A stretch of DNA of 64,000 nucleotides from Squalus acanthias (GCA_030390025.1 CM059427.1:186496001-186560000), one strand, 5' to 3'. Positions 34,478 to 47,487 are shown, counted from the stretch's first letter. The notes: a model not told the origin generated them from the letters alone. Program-made: numbers and translations.

Positions 34478-36822
34478 GGGCCCGGATTCTGCGGTGGGTA
34501 TGACCTCATACTCTGAGAGTACGCCGTCATACCGCCTTTGAAATATTCCCCAAGTTCGGGATTTTCACTTGCGCATGTGCTGAATCCCGATCTTGCGATC
34601 TGTCAAGGTGCGCCGTGACGGATGATCCGCACCGCCTTGGAAATCACAATTGCCGGCACAGAGTTGGGCTCGTTGCCCATCAATTGCCCAGCAATTACCT
34701 CCGGAAATTTTACGGACGCAGGAGCCTGTTTCTATGGACGTGTTTTGATGGAGGAAACTATTTTTGTCGGTCGATTAAGGTTCAAATGGCCGTGCCTTTC
34801 AATTTGAAGCATATGTAGTGTGAGACGGTGCAGTCCAGACACCCAATCTTCAAGACCAGCAAACATGGCAAACTACAATCAAAAGAGGAACATTTTTCCA
34901 GCTTGACCTTTAATACAAAGTGAAACAGATGTACACAAGCACACAAGGAAATATTTGTGGCATTGTGTTACAAAGAACATAGTTATCACAGGGAGCACCC
35001 ATGTTCAAATAGCCTGGATAAAAACATTTCCTGTAGTCAAAACAGACTTCTCACAGCGCAGTGCGTGCCCTCAGGATGTTTGACTTTGCTCAGACTTTTA
35101 AGCAGAAATCAATGCAAGATTTCTAGGATAACTTTTAGTTTTGTTTCAACAATGGGCCAGAAATTCGGGTCTCCACGGGTGAGTACGCGCTGGGTACTCA
35201 CCCGTAGACCCAACGAAAGTGCCGGTTTCGCGCATGCACTGTGCATGCGCTGGAAACCGGAACTTCCGTTACCCTGAAGGAAGGGGGTTCAGAGGTCGAA
35301 TGCGTGCGCCGGAGAGGCAGCGCGTAGACCTCGAACTTCTTTTTTTTTCAGGTTTCTCCATGAGGGTAACTACGGAGAAGCTGCGCGGGGAAAAAGGAGG
35401 CGCAAGTCCTGCCTTTAACAAGGTAAGTGGTGAATTAAGTGCAATTTAAACATTTTTTCAACAGATTTATCTTTTTTACATACTTTAAAGAAAGGTAAGT
35501 TTATTTTTAACACCGTTAAAAAGTGTAATTAATTTTTTCAAAAATTTAAATTTTTGTTTAATGTAGTTAAGTTATGTAATTTATAGTTATTTTTAAAATG
35601 TGATTTAAAAAAAAAAAATATTTGAAGTTTTAGTTAGGTTTTGGGGCCGATCTCTTCATAGATTTGACAGGTCTTCCTGTCAAATCTATGAATGAAGATT
35701 CCCTGCTCCGATTGGCTCTCCATGGCCCATGTGATCCCAGGGGACGCTTCGAACTAACTGCGCCCCTGGGATACGCAAGCACTGCGCGCCGGCAGCTGCA
35801 GGAGGCCCAGGAGCCGAAGTCCACGCGGGCCTGAAGCACAACGGCAGGCGCGGCAGGTAAGGACACGGCGATCCTTGCACCCTGCGGGAAGCCGGCGAGC
35901 CGAATTGCTGGCCCAATGTGTAGCGAGCGGCTGTTATCTTTCGTGTACTTTAGCTTTATATCATTAAACGGAGGGCACACGTCCAAATCGTACAATCGAA
36001 CAGTAGTTAAAGATTTCTTTAGTTATTTTTGCAAGTTTCATGTGAACACATTATTTAGCATACTCTATTCTACATGCAGTTACATTCTGAAAATTAAATT
36101 GATTGCTCATGAAAAAATATCCTTTAGAAACACAGAAGGCCAGACAGATAGGCAGATAGAAAGTATTCACTTTAATTACTTGGGAAGTTGATAAGAAAGT
36201 TAAATAAAGTGAACATCTATCAGATTTAAGCGACCAATTCTGTCCTTTCAACTCAAAAACGAACAACGTAACAAACACTATATCGATATAATGCATCTAC
36301 AATATGAAAAATAGATTTATCTATTACCAGTCTAAATGAGGACTGAATAATATATTTTAATCCTGAAAGTTAACATTGAATATATGGCTGGGAATCTCTT
36401 TCTGAAGTTCAACAACGTTACTTGTCGGAGTGTTAGACCTTTACTGAGTATCAAAACAGAAAGTTGTAAACATCGGGACTAATAAATTGTGATATATGAA
36501 ATAAGTTCAAGTACCAGTTTAATTAAAAGTTTTAGAAGTTTTTAGAAGCTTTTAAACAGTTTTTAAAATGTAATTTAAATGGAAGAGACTGCGAGACGTT
36601 TCTGTGGGCGTGGCTTAGTTTTGGCAGGTTTTGTGGGCGTGTCTTCCCTTACGCATAGGCTGTACGCTGCGCGCTGCCTCCCTGATGTCATACGCTGCGC
36701 AGAGCTCTGCAGCACAGAAGAGCAAGTCTCCGTTCTGGGCCTCGCACAAGGTAAGTTTGTTTATCTTTTCATAGGTCGGCGGCGTACTCCGTAGCTAGAC
36801 CGCCGACCACAATTTTTCGGCC
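34478..36822. mobile_element. Probable non-autonomous Harbinger-type element in intron 1 of paralog B, with nested MITE
   Basis: Degenerate TIRs gggcccggattct / aatttttcggcc and inverted subterminal gagtacgccg / cggcgtactc. Confidence 0.55.
35154..35914. mobile_element. Harbinger-type MITE, family 2
   Basis: TIRs gggccagaaattcgg / ccgaattgctggccc, TSD AAT; internal hairpin tagatttgacag..ctgtcaaatcta. Confidence 0.92.
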
Positions 36823-37573
36823 ATTCTTTCAATTTATCATAGTGTTTAATGAATTCACACACCTAGTATTCAGAAAGCAAGTAAAGTCTTTATTTTCATG
36901 TCCCTGCTCCTTTAAACAGGATGTGTAAGTTCCCTTTTCAGATTCCAGCAATGGAACAACATAATGACCCGGATTTTCCGGGGTCTATGACGGCGTACGT
37001 GGTGCGTGCACGGTCGGAAGTGCCCCGCAGGTTCTCGGTTTCTACATGAGCTGCACATGCACGAAAACCAAGTGCTGGTTTATCTCTGTCACGTGTCTCT
37101 TCAGACAAGGTGGGTGGAGGGGCGGACGCAGGAACCGCCTGATCTCCGCCCACCTTGGGAAACCCTGTCACAGGACAAACAGGGTGGAGACTCGACATAA
37201 CCGTATCCTGCCCCAATTTCTCTCCCTGAGCTCCTGCCCACCCTGATAATGCCCCCTGTAGACCAGGAGTCAGGAGGAGATTTGGAGCTTTTATTTTCTG
37301 TAACATGGAATTAACCATGTGCACTCTTTTTACTTTGGTTATTTTTTGTAGTAATGATGTATGTTCTGATAACTCTAGTAATAGATACACTGAATGTATA
37401 ATGGATTTGTTCTGTTTTTCTCTGTAATAGTGTCTGCAGTGAAGGCAACATGATCAGTTGATTATAAAAATATGACGATAAATAAATGAACTCCAATATA
37501 AATAATTACAAATATGGGATTAAGGAGTTGTGATTTGATATTAAAATACTTACATTGTTCCTCTTTCTAACAG

Positions 37574-37914
37574 GAAACACAAATCATATGTATTTTTTGG
37601 ATGAGGGAGATGACATTCCATTAAAAGGACCGGACAATCCTGGGAATGGCCCTGTTGTCTGGGAATGGAAACCACACTCAGGGCAAGAAATCCAGCGACT
37701 GGTTACTTTTCACAAAGGGAGTTCGAGTCGGTGGACGCACAATGGAACAATCACATTGGAAACAAGGAGTTGTACAAAAAGGCATTGCAGGATGGTGGTT
37801 CCATTAATCTGAGAATTAGAAAACCCACATTTAAACTTGCGGGATCGTTCATCTTGACTCAAACACAGCCAAGTAATAAAAGGCTGAAACAGTACGAAAT
37901 ATTTGGGATCAAAG
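37574..37914 (+). pseudogene. Paralog B exon D1: cysteine-free V-like Ig domain with 1-nt deletion near 37735
   Basis: Acceptor ttctaacag|GA, donor G|gtgagt. The N-half (..IPLKGP..VVWEWKP..RLVTFHK..RW) and the C-half (AQW..SINLRIRKPTFKLAGSFIL..YEIFGIK) are in different frames (ORFs 37555 and 37665). Confidence 0.8.
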
Positions 37915-38163
37915 GTGAGTGCAACAAAGTCTAGAAAAGGTTCATTAATATGAATCTCCAAAAATAATTTTACTTGTACAGATGAGAGATTGCCAGGATC
38001 ACGTGAGATTTATATCACCCAGTGCAGAGAGCATCTCTCATTAAAACAACCTGGGGAAAGATTCTGCTCATTGTTTCTCCTGAAATGGTCAACATGAGTA
38101 AAAACATTTCGACAATTTCACCAGAAATATCAAACCGAGAAATCTACCACATGAGATATTATG

Positions 38164-40346
38164 ATCCAGGAGCTAATAAACTGCAAGCGCAAGGCATTCC
38201 TGATCTGGAAACAGCAACACAACTCGAGAGCAAGAAAGCAGCTCTACAGACGCCTGAAGGCCGAGGTCCGACAAAAAACTCGCGACCTAAAGAACAGATG
38301 GTGGCTGGAGAAAGTGCAGGAGATCCAGCAGCTAGCCGACAACCACGACATGCGTGGATTCTTTAGCACAGTTAGACCGCCTACGGCCCAAGCACCCAAG
38401 GTCCTATCCCACTGCGGGCCAAGAACGGAGAGGGAGGCAGTCAGTGCCCGCTGGAAGGAGCACTTCGAAGATCTCTTAACCGAGACTCTGTCTTCGATGC
38501 GAGTGTCCTCAACTCCATCCCGCAGCATGCTACCCATCACCATCTCAGCACAACCCCAGCCCGGCATGAGGTTGAAAAGGCCATCCAACAACTGAAGATC
38601 AACAAGGCCTCAGGAGCAGATGGAATCCCTGCCGAGGTGCTAAAGCATGGCGGAGAAGCACTACTGGCGCGAATTCATGAACTCATTTCTCTTATCTGGA
38701 AGGAGGAGAGCATGCCAGGGGATCTCAGAGACGCCGTAATTGTGACCATCTTCAAGAAAGGTGACAAGTCCGATTGCGGTAATTACAGAGGAGTTTCCCT
38801 GCTGTCTGCCACAGGGAAAGTCATCGCAAGAATCCTCCTCAATCGCCTTCTCCCAGTGGCTGAAGAGCTCCTCCCAGAGTCGCAATACGGATTCCGCCAC
38901 TAAGGGGCACAATGGACATGATCTTCACTGCGCATCAATTACAAGAGAAATGCAGGGAACAGCACCAACCGCTGTACATGGCCTTCTTTGCCCTCACAAA
39001 GGCCTTTGACACTGTCAACTGTGAGGGATTATGGAGTGTCCTCCTCAAATTCGGCTTGCCCTCAAAAGTTTGTCACCAACCTCCGCCTGCTTCACGACGA
39101 CATGCAAGTCGTGATACTGACCAACGGTTCCACCACAGACCCAATTCATGTACGGACCAGGGTCAAGCAAGGCTGTGTCATTGCACAAACGCTCTTCTCG
39201 ATCTTCCTTGCAGCAATGCTCTATCTCACGCTCAGTAAGCTCCCCACTGGGGTGGAGCTAATTTACAGAACAAACAGGAAACTGTTCAAACTCTGTTGCC
39301 TCCAGTCCAGATCAAGGTCGTCCCTTCCTCTGTCGTCAAATTACAGTATGCAGACGACGCTTGCGTCTGCGCACACTCGGAGGTCGAACTCCAAACCATC
39401 GTTTACACCTTCACCGAAGCGTACGAGAGCATGGGCCTTACACTAAACATCCGTCAGACAAAGGTCCTCTACCAACCTGCCCCCGCCACACAGTACTGCT
39501 CCCCGATTATCAAAATCCATGACAAGGCCTTGGACAACGTGGACCACTTTCCATACCTCTGGAGCCTACTGTCAACAAGGGCAGACGTCGATGACGAAGT
39601 CCAACACCGCCTTCAGTGTGCCAGTGCAGCCTTCGGTCGCCTGAGGAAGAGAGTGTTTGAAGACCAGGACCTCAAACCCGGCACCAAGCTCATGGACTAC
39701 AGAGCAGTAGTAATACCCGCCCTCCTGTATGCCTCAGAGACATGGACCATGTAAAGCAGGCACCTCAAAGCACTGGAGAGGTACCACCAATGCTGCCTCC
39801 GCAAGATCCTGCAAATCCATTGGCAGGAGAGGCGCACCAACGTCAGTGTTCTCGCTCAGGCGAACATCCCCAGCATCGAAGCTTTGACCACGCTCGATCA
39901 GCTCCAATGGACGGGTCACATCGTCTGCATGCCCGATACGAGACTCCCAAAACAAGCGCTCTACTCGGAGCTCTGACACGGCAAGAGAGCCCCAGGTGGG
40001 CAGAGGAAACGCTTCACGGACACCCTCAAAGCCTCCTTGAAAAAGTGCAACATCCCCACCGACACCTGGGAATCCCTGGCACAAGACTGTACAAAGTGGA
40101 AGAAAAGCATCCGGGAAGGCGCTGAATACCTCGAGTCTCTTCGCCGGGAGCAAGCGGAAGCCAAGCGCAAACAGCAGAAGGAGCGCACGTCAACCCAAGC
40201 ACCCCACCCACCCACCCCTTCAACCACCGTCTGCCCCACCTGTGACAGAGACTGTAGGTCCCACATTGGACTCATCAGTTACCTGAGAACTCATTTTTAA
40301 CGTGGAAACAAGTCATGTTTGGTTCCGGGGGACTGCCTGAGAAGAA
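38164..40346 (+). mobile_element. RTE-clade LINE, 5'-truncated
   Basis: ARWKEHFEDLL, LPESQYGFR, VKQGCVIA, LQYADD, LLYASETWT and C-terminal CPTCDRDCRSHIGLISYLRTH; several frameshifts; possible TSD attatg. Confidence 0.93.
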
Positions 40347-41700
40347 TTATGGTCTGTACCCTGGCTCACTTTCTGTAAGATGTACTAATTCTGTTACCAA
40401 ACCAATAGATCACTTGTAGTAATAAGCCTCAGCGCGATGGGACAGGAATAAGATTGGCCAGTATCACTGCTCCTGATTGCTATCCAGTGAACCTGTTCGA
40501 TGTGTCACTTGGTTGAGGTCCCAGAGGAAGTCAAGCATCCCTGGAACTTGTACTCTGCCAAAAAGTTAATGCCTTCAGGAAAAATCGCATGGCAGAGAAA
40601 AATCAATAGATTGTGTCAATTCAATAATATTAAAATTTTTTAGTATAAATAAATCAAAATCTTTAGTTTCTGCCAACTAAGGATGTTGCTAAACAGCTGT
40701 ACTTCCTGGTTGGTTGATGTGATTAACATCTAAATGAGGCTGAGGTCACTGTCAAATGAACTTGGTACAAAATATAATTCAATCCTGAAATGTCGTAGTG
40801 GCCAAAATATGACCCTGACTGTACTGGGCCTGGACCATTGCTCCTGAGGTGTTGGCGCAAACTGCACCAGAATGTGTTGACCATAACAGAAAGTCAACTC
40901 ATTTACATTTGTTAGTGGCACTCATGGTACATAGTGCCTGGTACACGGGGAATGTCACACGGGTCGGGCACCAGAGTGTTGGGTGCCAGCAGCTAATGGA
41001 TGGCACCATTATTTTGGCCTGACATTGGAATTAAAGTCCCTGTTGAAGATTTGATTCTTACTTGTCATGCTGTAGGTGGGACTGAAAGTCAGGGTGGGCA
41101 TTTTTAGAAGAAGCCTCTCCTGAAGTGCCGTTCCTGATGGACGCTCAATGATTGGAGCCCTGCTCAGGAGCATTTTGGGAGTTCACTAATTTCAATAACT
41201 TCTGGGGCTGTAATGACTTTTGATGTGGATTTTGTGCACAGGCTCCCAGTGCGTGTGTTGACTGGTTTTACTGAAGTGTGCGAGGCACATTGAGAACAGA
41301 GTGGGACTGGAGCCTTCTCCATGTCTGATAATATGGGCGCTAATTTCCATCACACCCTCCTCTGGTGAGTTTCCATCACCTGTCCATTGTGGTGTCGACT
41401 TTCCCAAATGTCATCCAAACCATGTAACCTTAACCTGACCCCGGATACTCCAGCAGGGTCAGGGGTAAAGGTCATCGGCCGCACTCTGGCTCACTTACGC
41501 TGGCAGAGCTGGACCGAGAATTTTCAGGCTCACTGTGTTATTCTACTGCTAAAATGCACTTGTGTGTAATCTGGCCTGACTCTTTAATGCAGCAAGGTAC
41601 AAGTGCTGATGATGGGCACATCTTACGGTCAGTTAGAACCTAATCGTTGGATTGTACATGCCACTACTTACACGAAATCTTATTGATTTGTTTTTCACAG

Positions 41701-41970
41701 TTGAGTCAAGTCCACAGAGGCCTTTGCTGGGCAGTGAAGTTACACTCAGCTGTACCATCTCCAAACTCTCAGATACAGTCAGTCTTCAATGGAAACAGAG
41801 AGACTCATCTCAGCCGAACAGGAGCAACACTGATCAGATCCGACTAAATAACACAGTCTATCTGATAGTCAAACATGTTGCAGTAGAGGATAAGGAGTTG
41901 TACGCGTGTGAAGTGCAGGAACATGGATCCATTTTTCTCACAGGAAAAGCTGATTTTTCTATGAACCAAT
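41701..41970 (+). CDS. Paralog B exon D2: C2-type Ig domain
   Basis: Acceptor tttttcacag|TT, donor T|gtaagt, 270 nt. Encodes VESSPQRPLLGSEVTLSC..LQW..VYLIV..EDKELYAC, with sequons NRS and NNT. Confidence 0.92.
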
Positions 41971-43035
41971 GTAAGTGCAGTTACCTCACAGTAGATATTA
42001 AAGAGTTACTAATATAAAACTGTTACACACAAAGGACAGGGAGCACAGAGACAGCATATGCTTTTACTAGAGACTGGGACCTTATTTTCTTTTTGAGACA
42101 TTGGTGTAAATATAACATTGCAATACAGTGGGCAAATATCAACAACCAGGTCTAGATGGATCTGACAATAAATAGCAAAAGAGTTGAAGGTGGAGAGCAA
42201 CATTCTCACACAGCTCATCAGTTACCAAAACACAGAGACAATTCTTTTCTAAATATGGTTCCCTTTACTCACTGCAAGGGCACAGCATTAAAGGCCAGGC
42301 CTAAATATTTACTCAGTGCTCGTCCAATACACACACCTCAGGTACAACACTGACTGACTTTAGTTGAACATCATCGGTAGTACAAGAATTGTACAAGCAG
42401 TTATGGTGCTCTGCGATTGTTAACATCTGAGATCAATAGATTGGGAGTGGAGGGAGGGCGGATAGTTTTAATGTGGCCTGGTTCTGTACAGGTAACTGAA
42501 TGGGGAACCACTTCACCAGCTGTTGAGAGGCAAGTGTGGCAGAGGAACAAGGCTACAGCCAATATTTGTTTTTCTTGTCTAGAATTGTCAAAGTAAATGA
42601 CGCTGTTTAACATCAGAAGGTAGAAAATCTGAATTGCTGCATGTTTTTTTCATAAGTGGACCCGAAGTATAAAACAAAAACAGCAAATGCTTTCAGTAAC
42701 ATAGCATCTTGAAGAAAGAAAAACATACGCTTCACTGAGGAAGAATGAAGTGGACATCAATCATCAGTGAGAACGTTAAGAGAGGAGACTGAAAGCTTGG
42801 TCAAAGAGATATGTTTTCAGTATGTGTGAAGACACAGCCAGAGGTGGAGGGGTTTAGGGAGAGAGTTCCAGAGGTTCGGGCTGAGGGAACAGAAGGTTTT
42901 GACACCAATAGAGGGAGGAGTCAGCGAGAGGACTACAGGGAACGTAAAAGGAGGTAATTCTGCAGGAGGTTGCAGAGGTAAAATGGGTTGAGGCTGTGGA
43001 GTGATTTGTAGATGACAATGAGGATTTTATATTCG

Positions 43036-43442
43036 GTGGCATAGTGGTTAGCACTGGTGCCTCACAGCGCCAGGGACCCGGGTTCGAATCTGACCTCGGG
43101 TGACTGTCTGTGTGGAGTTTGCACATTCTCTGCGTGGGTTTCCTCCGGGTGCTCCGGTTTCCTCCCACAGTCCAAAAATGTGCGGGTTAGGTTGATTTGG
43201 CTATGATAAATTGACCCTTAGTGTTAGGGGGGGATTAAATATGTGGGGTTATGGGGATAGGATGGGATATGTTAGGGGGAATTAAATACGTGGGGTTATG
43301 GGGGTAGGGTGGGATATGTGTACTGTGGGGATTAAAGCAGGGACAGTGTACTGGACTTGGATGATCAGCCATGATCGTATTGAATGGTGGAGCAGGCTCG
43401 ACGGGCCGAATGGCCTACTCCTGCTCCTAGATTCTATGTTTC
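43036..43442 (+). mobile_element. tRNA-derived V-SINE (HE1-like) with CR1-type tail
   Basis: A box tggcatagtgg, B box ggttcgaatc, V-domain ctgtgtggagtttgcacattctc..gggtttcctccgggtgctccggtttcctcccaca, TSD tatattcg. Confidence 0.92.
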
Positions 43443-43847
43443 TATATTCGATGTGTTGAGGGACAGGGAGCTAGTATGTGCCAGTGAGGATGGGCGAGGA
43501 GGTTTTAGTGTGGGAGAGAATGCAGACAGGTAATTTTGATTTTGTGCGATAGTAATTCATCTTTGTGAGATATAAAACGTGTTGCCAATTCGATGTCACC
43601 TGCTTTACACTATCGCACAAAGGCTAATTACCCCCATGTTTCTGTGAGAAAGCATCAGGATTGCTCCCTGGACAATAAGGAAAGGATTTCCAATGTTCCA
43701 ATCTTGTCAACTGCCAAGTTGTATTGCAACAGCAATTAAAATGACTGTTGGATAGTCTTGGTGAGAAAATTTGAAGGCTTTAGTAGAAATAGAGAAAAAG
43801 AAAGTAAGAAAGAAAGTGAGAAAGAAAGAAAGCAAGAAAGAATGTGC

Positions 43848-45610
43848 TGTTGAGATTAGCCTATTTGTTAATATTAACTTATCTCAAGTCTTTCAAATAA
43901 TCAGGATCGACTGCTAACCAATATGGCGGGAATATTGTGTTTTGTCAGGGTTTAAGATGGAATATAACACACTAGTAACACAGCAAAAACATACGACCGT
44001 AAGATACAGCTAGTACCGGTCCCGATCGGACGGACGGCTGGCGTGCGCCAACAGTTCTCCGGCTTGTGGCCTTCCTCTCTCTCGTCTAGAACCTCCAAGA
44101 ATGGGTTGAGTTCGCTCCCTGAAGAGTGTTAGACCAGTCTCACTCTTGTATAGCTCTCCCCTCCACCGTCTGTGCTAAGAACTTTTAGGGTCTTGCTATT
44201 ATTCCCTTTTCAGGGGTGGGCCTGATGTACAATATGGACAGGACTATTTGACCTGTAAGGTTTCTTCCTAAACCAATGGCACGGCGAGTTCTTTCTCTCA
44301 ACTCTCAGAGGAAAACCCTCCCCAAGTTTGGAGTCAGACATGCCATTCTTGGCCTTCAGATGTTCGTAGCTGCTTGTTATCAGTTATTTATGTTCAAGCT
44401 GTTCATGTAACTTTAGCTGTGCAAAACTATGTCATTCCATTATCAAACTATTGTACCATGGAATGAATCATTAAATTCCCAAAGGTATCCTCTATTCTGT
44501 TCTCACACACTGGTTAACTTATGCATTTTAAAGTAGTTTTGTTAAACCAAGTCAAAATTCTAACTTACAAACAGCAGATAGCTAGCTTGGTAAGAAGATT
44601 ATTGCGGAAAAATTCGGTTGATTCGCGCCTCCCGTTAGTGCCCTAAGAGGGCGCTAACGGGGCGCAAACCAACTAGCGCCCGAGCGCGGCGAGGTTTGCG
44701 CTGCTCGCAAGATTGACCAGACATTTTGCGGTGGCGTTAAACACTACCGCCACGATCTCCTGCCCCCGCAGATCGTGACGACAGTCGAGCGTGCAACGCC
44801 CCGGTAGCGCCCCGGATCGGATATTGAGTCGCGCCCCCTGCCTTAGCACCTGCCGCTAGGAACGACAAGTAATGGGGAACGTTTTCAAGTCGGGAAGGGG
44901 CTGGGGGTGCGCTATTTAAAGCCGGGCGCTTCCTGCATTTTTTGTTGGCAAAATTTTGGGGTTTAACGCTGCCCTAATGAGGTTTGGCCCTCAGCACCAC
45001 TTTTGAGGTTCCTAAGCACCGAGCTCTTTCCCTGCGCCTATCCTTTAGTGCTTCCACACAATCAGTTTTGAGGCCTCTCCAGGTCGAGATTCAAGGCTGC
45101 AATGAGCAGGGTGTGGCTGGCCAGCAAGATGGCCCCTCCCCTTTAAGAACTGGATGGCACCAGTCTGTCTGGCTTCCATGGTAATTGGCATCGCCTGAGC
45201 TTCGGTAATGTTCTGAGGTAGCGCCTCACTTCCTGACGTTTGCGCCTTAAGAGAGGTGTGTAGCGCCTGATTTAGCGCTCAAATCACCTTCGGGGCGATA
45301 GAGGCAAATTTTGCAGTCGGAGGCGATAATTAGCACCAGGCGCTAAACTTTGCGCCCGGCCAGTATTAGCGCCCCAAAATGGGCGATACCGAATTTCTCC
45401 CACTATATATATCCGTCACAGTGTCGATGCTATAACATCCGCAGAGAACCAAAACACAAGCGGATTCTAAGCATCTATCTAGTTATTCTAATACTATTCT
45501 GATGAGACTTTTTGTCTCCAGTTCTAATACAGTCATGTAAACACAGTCTTATTCGCGTCACAGTTTCATTCTCATAACCCCATATAACTTGGATACCCTA
45601 TTTTCTAACA
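43848..45610. mobile_element. Probable solo LTR (~0.96 kb) with nested MITE
   Basis: TGTTGAGA...TCTAACA termini, flanks gtgc/gtac, absent from the paralogous site in A (~880). Confidence 0.7.
44603..45403. mobile_element. Harbinger MITE, family 1 (inverted relative to 6683-7575)
   Basis: Degenerate TIRs ggaaaaattcgg / ccgaatttctcc, TSD TAT. Confidence 0.88.
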
Positions 45611-46139
45611 GTACAGAAAATGCACAGGTATAAAGCCTGTGCAGAATGGTCAATGCAGATGTGGACAGATGTTCACTGTGAAAAAACCTACAAGTTGCCA
45701 CCAACTCAAACAACAGCGACCTTGCTTTAAGGATTATGTTAAAGTGGGCCAGGCCCATGGAGCAGACTTGTACCCATTTTACATGGGGGAGGTGAGCTCT
45801 GAGGCAGAATTTTGCACAAACTCGTTACAGTTCAGCAGAGGACCTTCTTTGAATAATTATTCCATGTAAATGAGGATTGAACTTGCCTGAAGGAACCATA
45901 TTTGTTCCGTTGCAAAATTCTAAGCAACCTGCAGCCGCCACCAGCAGGACTCCATGTTGCTGGCCCAGCCTCAGAATATTGGGCCTGTGATGTCATGGTG
46001 TCATCCATGGCACAAAAACCTCATCATATTAAAAATCAAAAAGGTTTCATTTTTCTAAATTTCTGTTGTCTTTTGGGAATTGAATTCAAACAATTTGTAC
46101 AATTTTGAAAAAATTCATAGTTTTGACAAAACCTTTTTT

Positions 46140-47015
46140 CATTCATTCCAGGGACGTGGGTGTCTCTGGCAAGGCCAGCATTTATTGTCCCTCCCTTATT
46201 GCCCTTGAGAAGCTGGTGGTGAGCCGCTTTCTTGAACCGCTGCAGTCCCTGTGGTGAAGGTACTCCCATGGTGCTGTTAGGGAGGGAGTTCCAGGATTTT
46301 GACCAAGCGATGATGAAGGAACAGTGATATATTTCCAAGTCAGGATGATGTGTGATTTGGAGGGGAATTTGGAGGTAGTGGCGTTCCCATGTGCCTGCTG
46401 CCCTTATACTTCTGGGTTTGGGAGGTGCTGTCGAACAAGCCTTGGCGAGTTGCTGCAGTGCATCTTGTAGATGGTACACACTGTAGCCACGGTACGCCGG
46501 TGGTGGAGGGAGTGAATGTTTAAGGTAGTGGATGGGGTGCCAATCAAGCGGGCTGCTTTGTCCTGAATTGTGTCGCACTTTGAGTATTATTGGAGCTGCA
46601 TTCATCCAGGCAAGTGGAGAGTATTCCATCACACTCCTGGCTTGTGCCTTGTCGATGGTGGAAAGCCTTTGGGGAGCCAGGCAGTAAGTCACTCACCGCA
46701 GAATACCTAACTTCTGATCTGCTCTTGTAGCCGCAGTATTTATGCGGCTGGTCTAATTTCTGGTCAATGTTGACCCCAGGATGTTGATGGTGGGGGATTC
46801 GACGAATGTTACTTGCCACTTATCAGCCCCAGCCTGAATGTTGTCCAGGTCTTGCTGCATGCGGGCATGGACTGCTTCATTATCTGAGGAGTTGTGAATG
46901 GAACTGAACACCGTGCGGTCATTAGTGAACATCCCACTTCTGACCTTATGTTGGAGGGAAGGTCATTGATGAAGCAGCTGAAGATGGTTGGGCCTAGGGC
47001 ACTGCCCTGAGGAAC
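46140..47015 (-). mobile_element. CR1/L2-group LINE (second family) 3' fragment
   Basis: VPQGSALGPTIF and RSVMEYSPLAW motifs; absent from the paralogous intron of A. Confidence 0.88.
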
Positions 47016-47148
47016 TTGATCAAATGAAGTAATGAAGATCAAAATGCAAGTATTTTTATATAATTGTGGTCAGTAATTAGTCTGGCTTTTCTCTGCAGCT
47101 CAGCAATTGTAAAATTCTAACACGTTGTTCTCTGTCTCTCTATTGCAG

Positions 47149-47487
47149 ATTTATATCAAGAGAGTTACACGCTTTATCGATCAGGCACAGATCACAATGA
47201 ACTCGACCTGATTTGCTATTATGCTTCTTCTTTCAACACTGCTGCATGGACCTGGAGGTCACGTCATCTTCAAAATCAGGAGAAAGCAATAGCATCTGCT
47301 TCGATATCTCAGCTCATCAATGTAGACAGGACCTACTTTGGGAGTCGACTGGTGCCCACAGTGGCAAAGTTTAATGGCAAGAACTTCAGTGTGAGGATTG
47401 TCCCTGTGCTGTTTGAAGATGCAGGAGTTTACACATGTTCTCTGGAATCATATAAATTTGTGACCATTAAACTAATCACAGTTAAAG
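47149..47487 (+). CDS. Paralog B exon D3: V-type Ig domain
   Basis: Acceptor tattgcag|AT, donor G|gtagg, 339 nt open; paralogous to 2669-3010. Confidence 0.93.

Noticed and set aside
34810-34870. Minus-strand IGCLDCT resembling the first catalytic Asp motif of Harbinger transposase
   Set aside because: No other transposase motifs in the flanking sequence; likely chance.
43036-43110. tRNA gene (also 63575-63640)
   Set aside because: A/B boxes run directly into SINE core and LINE-derived tails; these are SINE heads.
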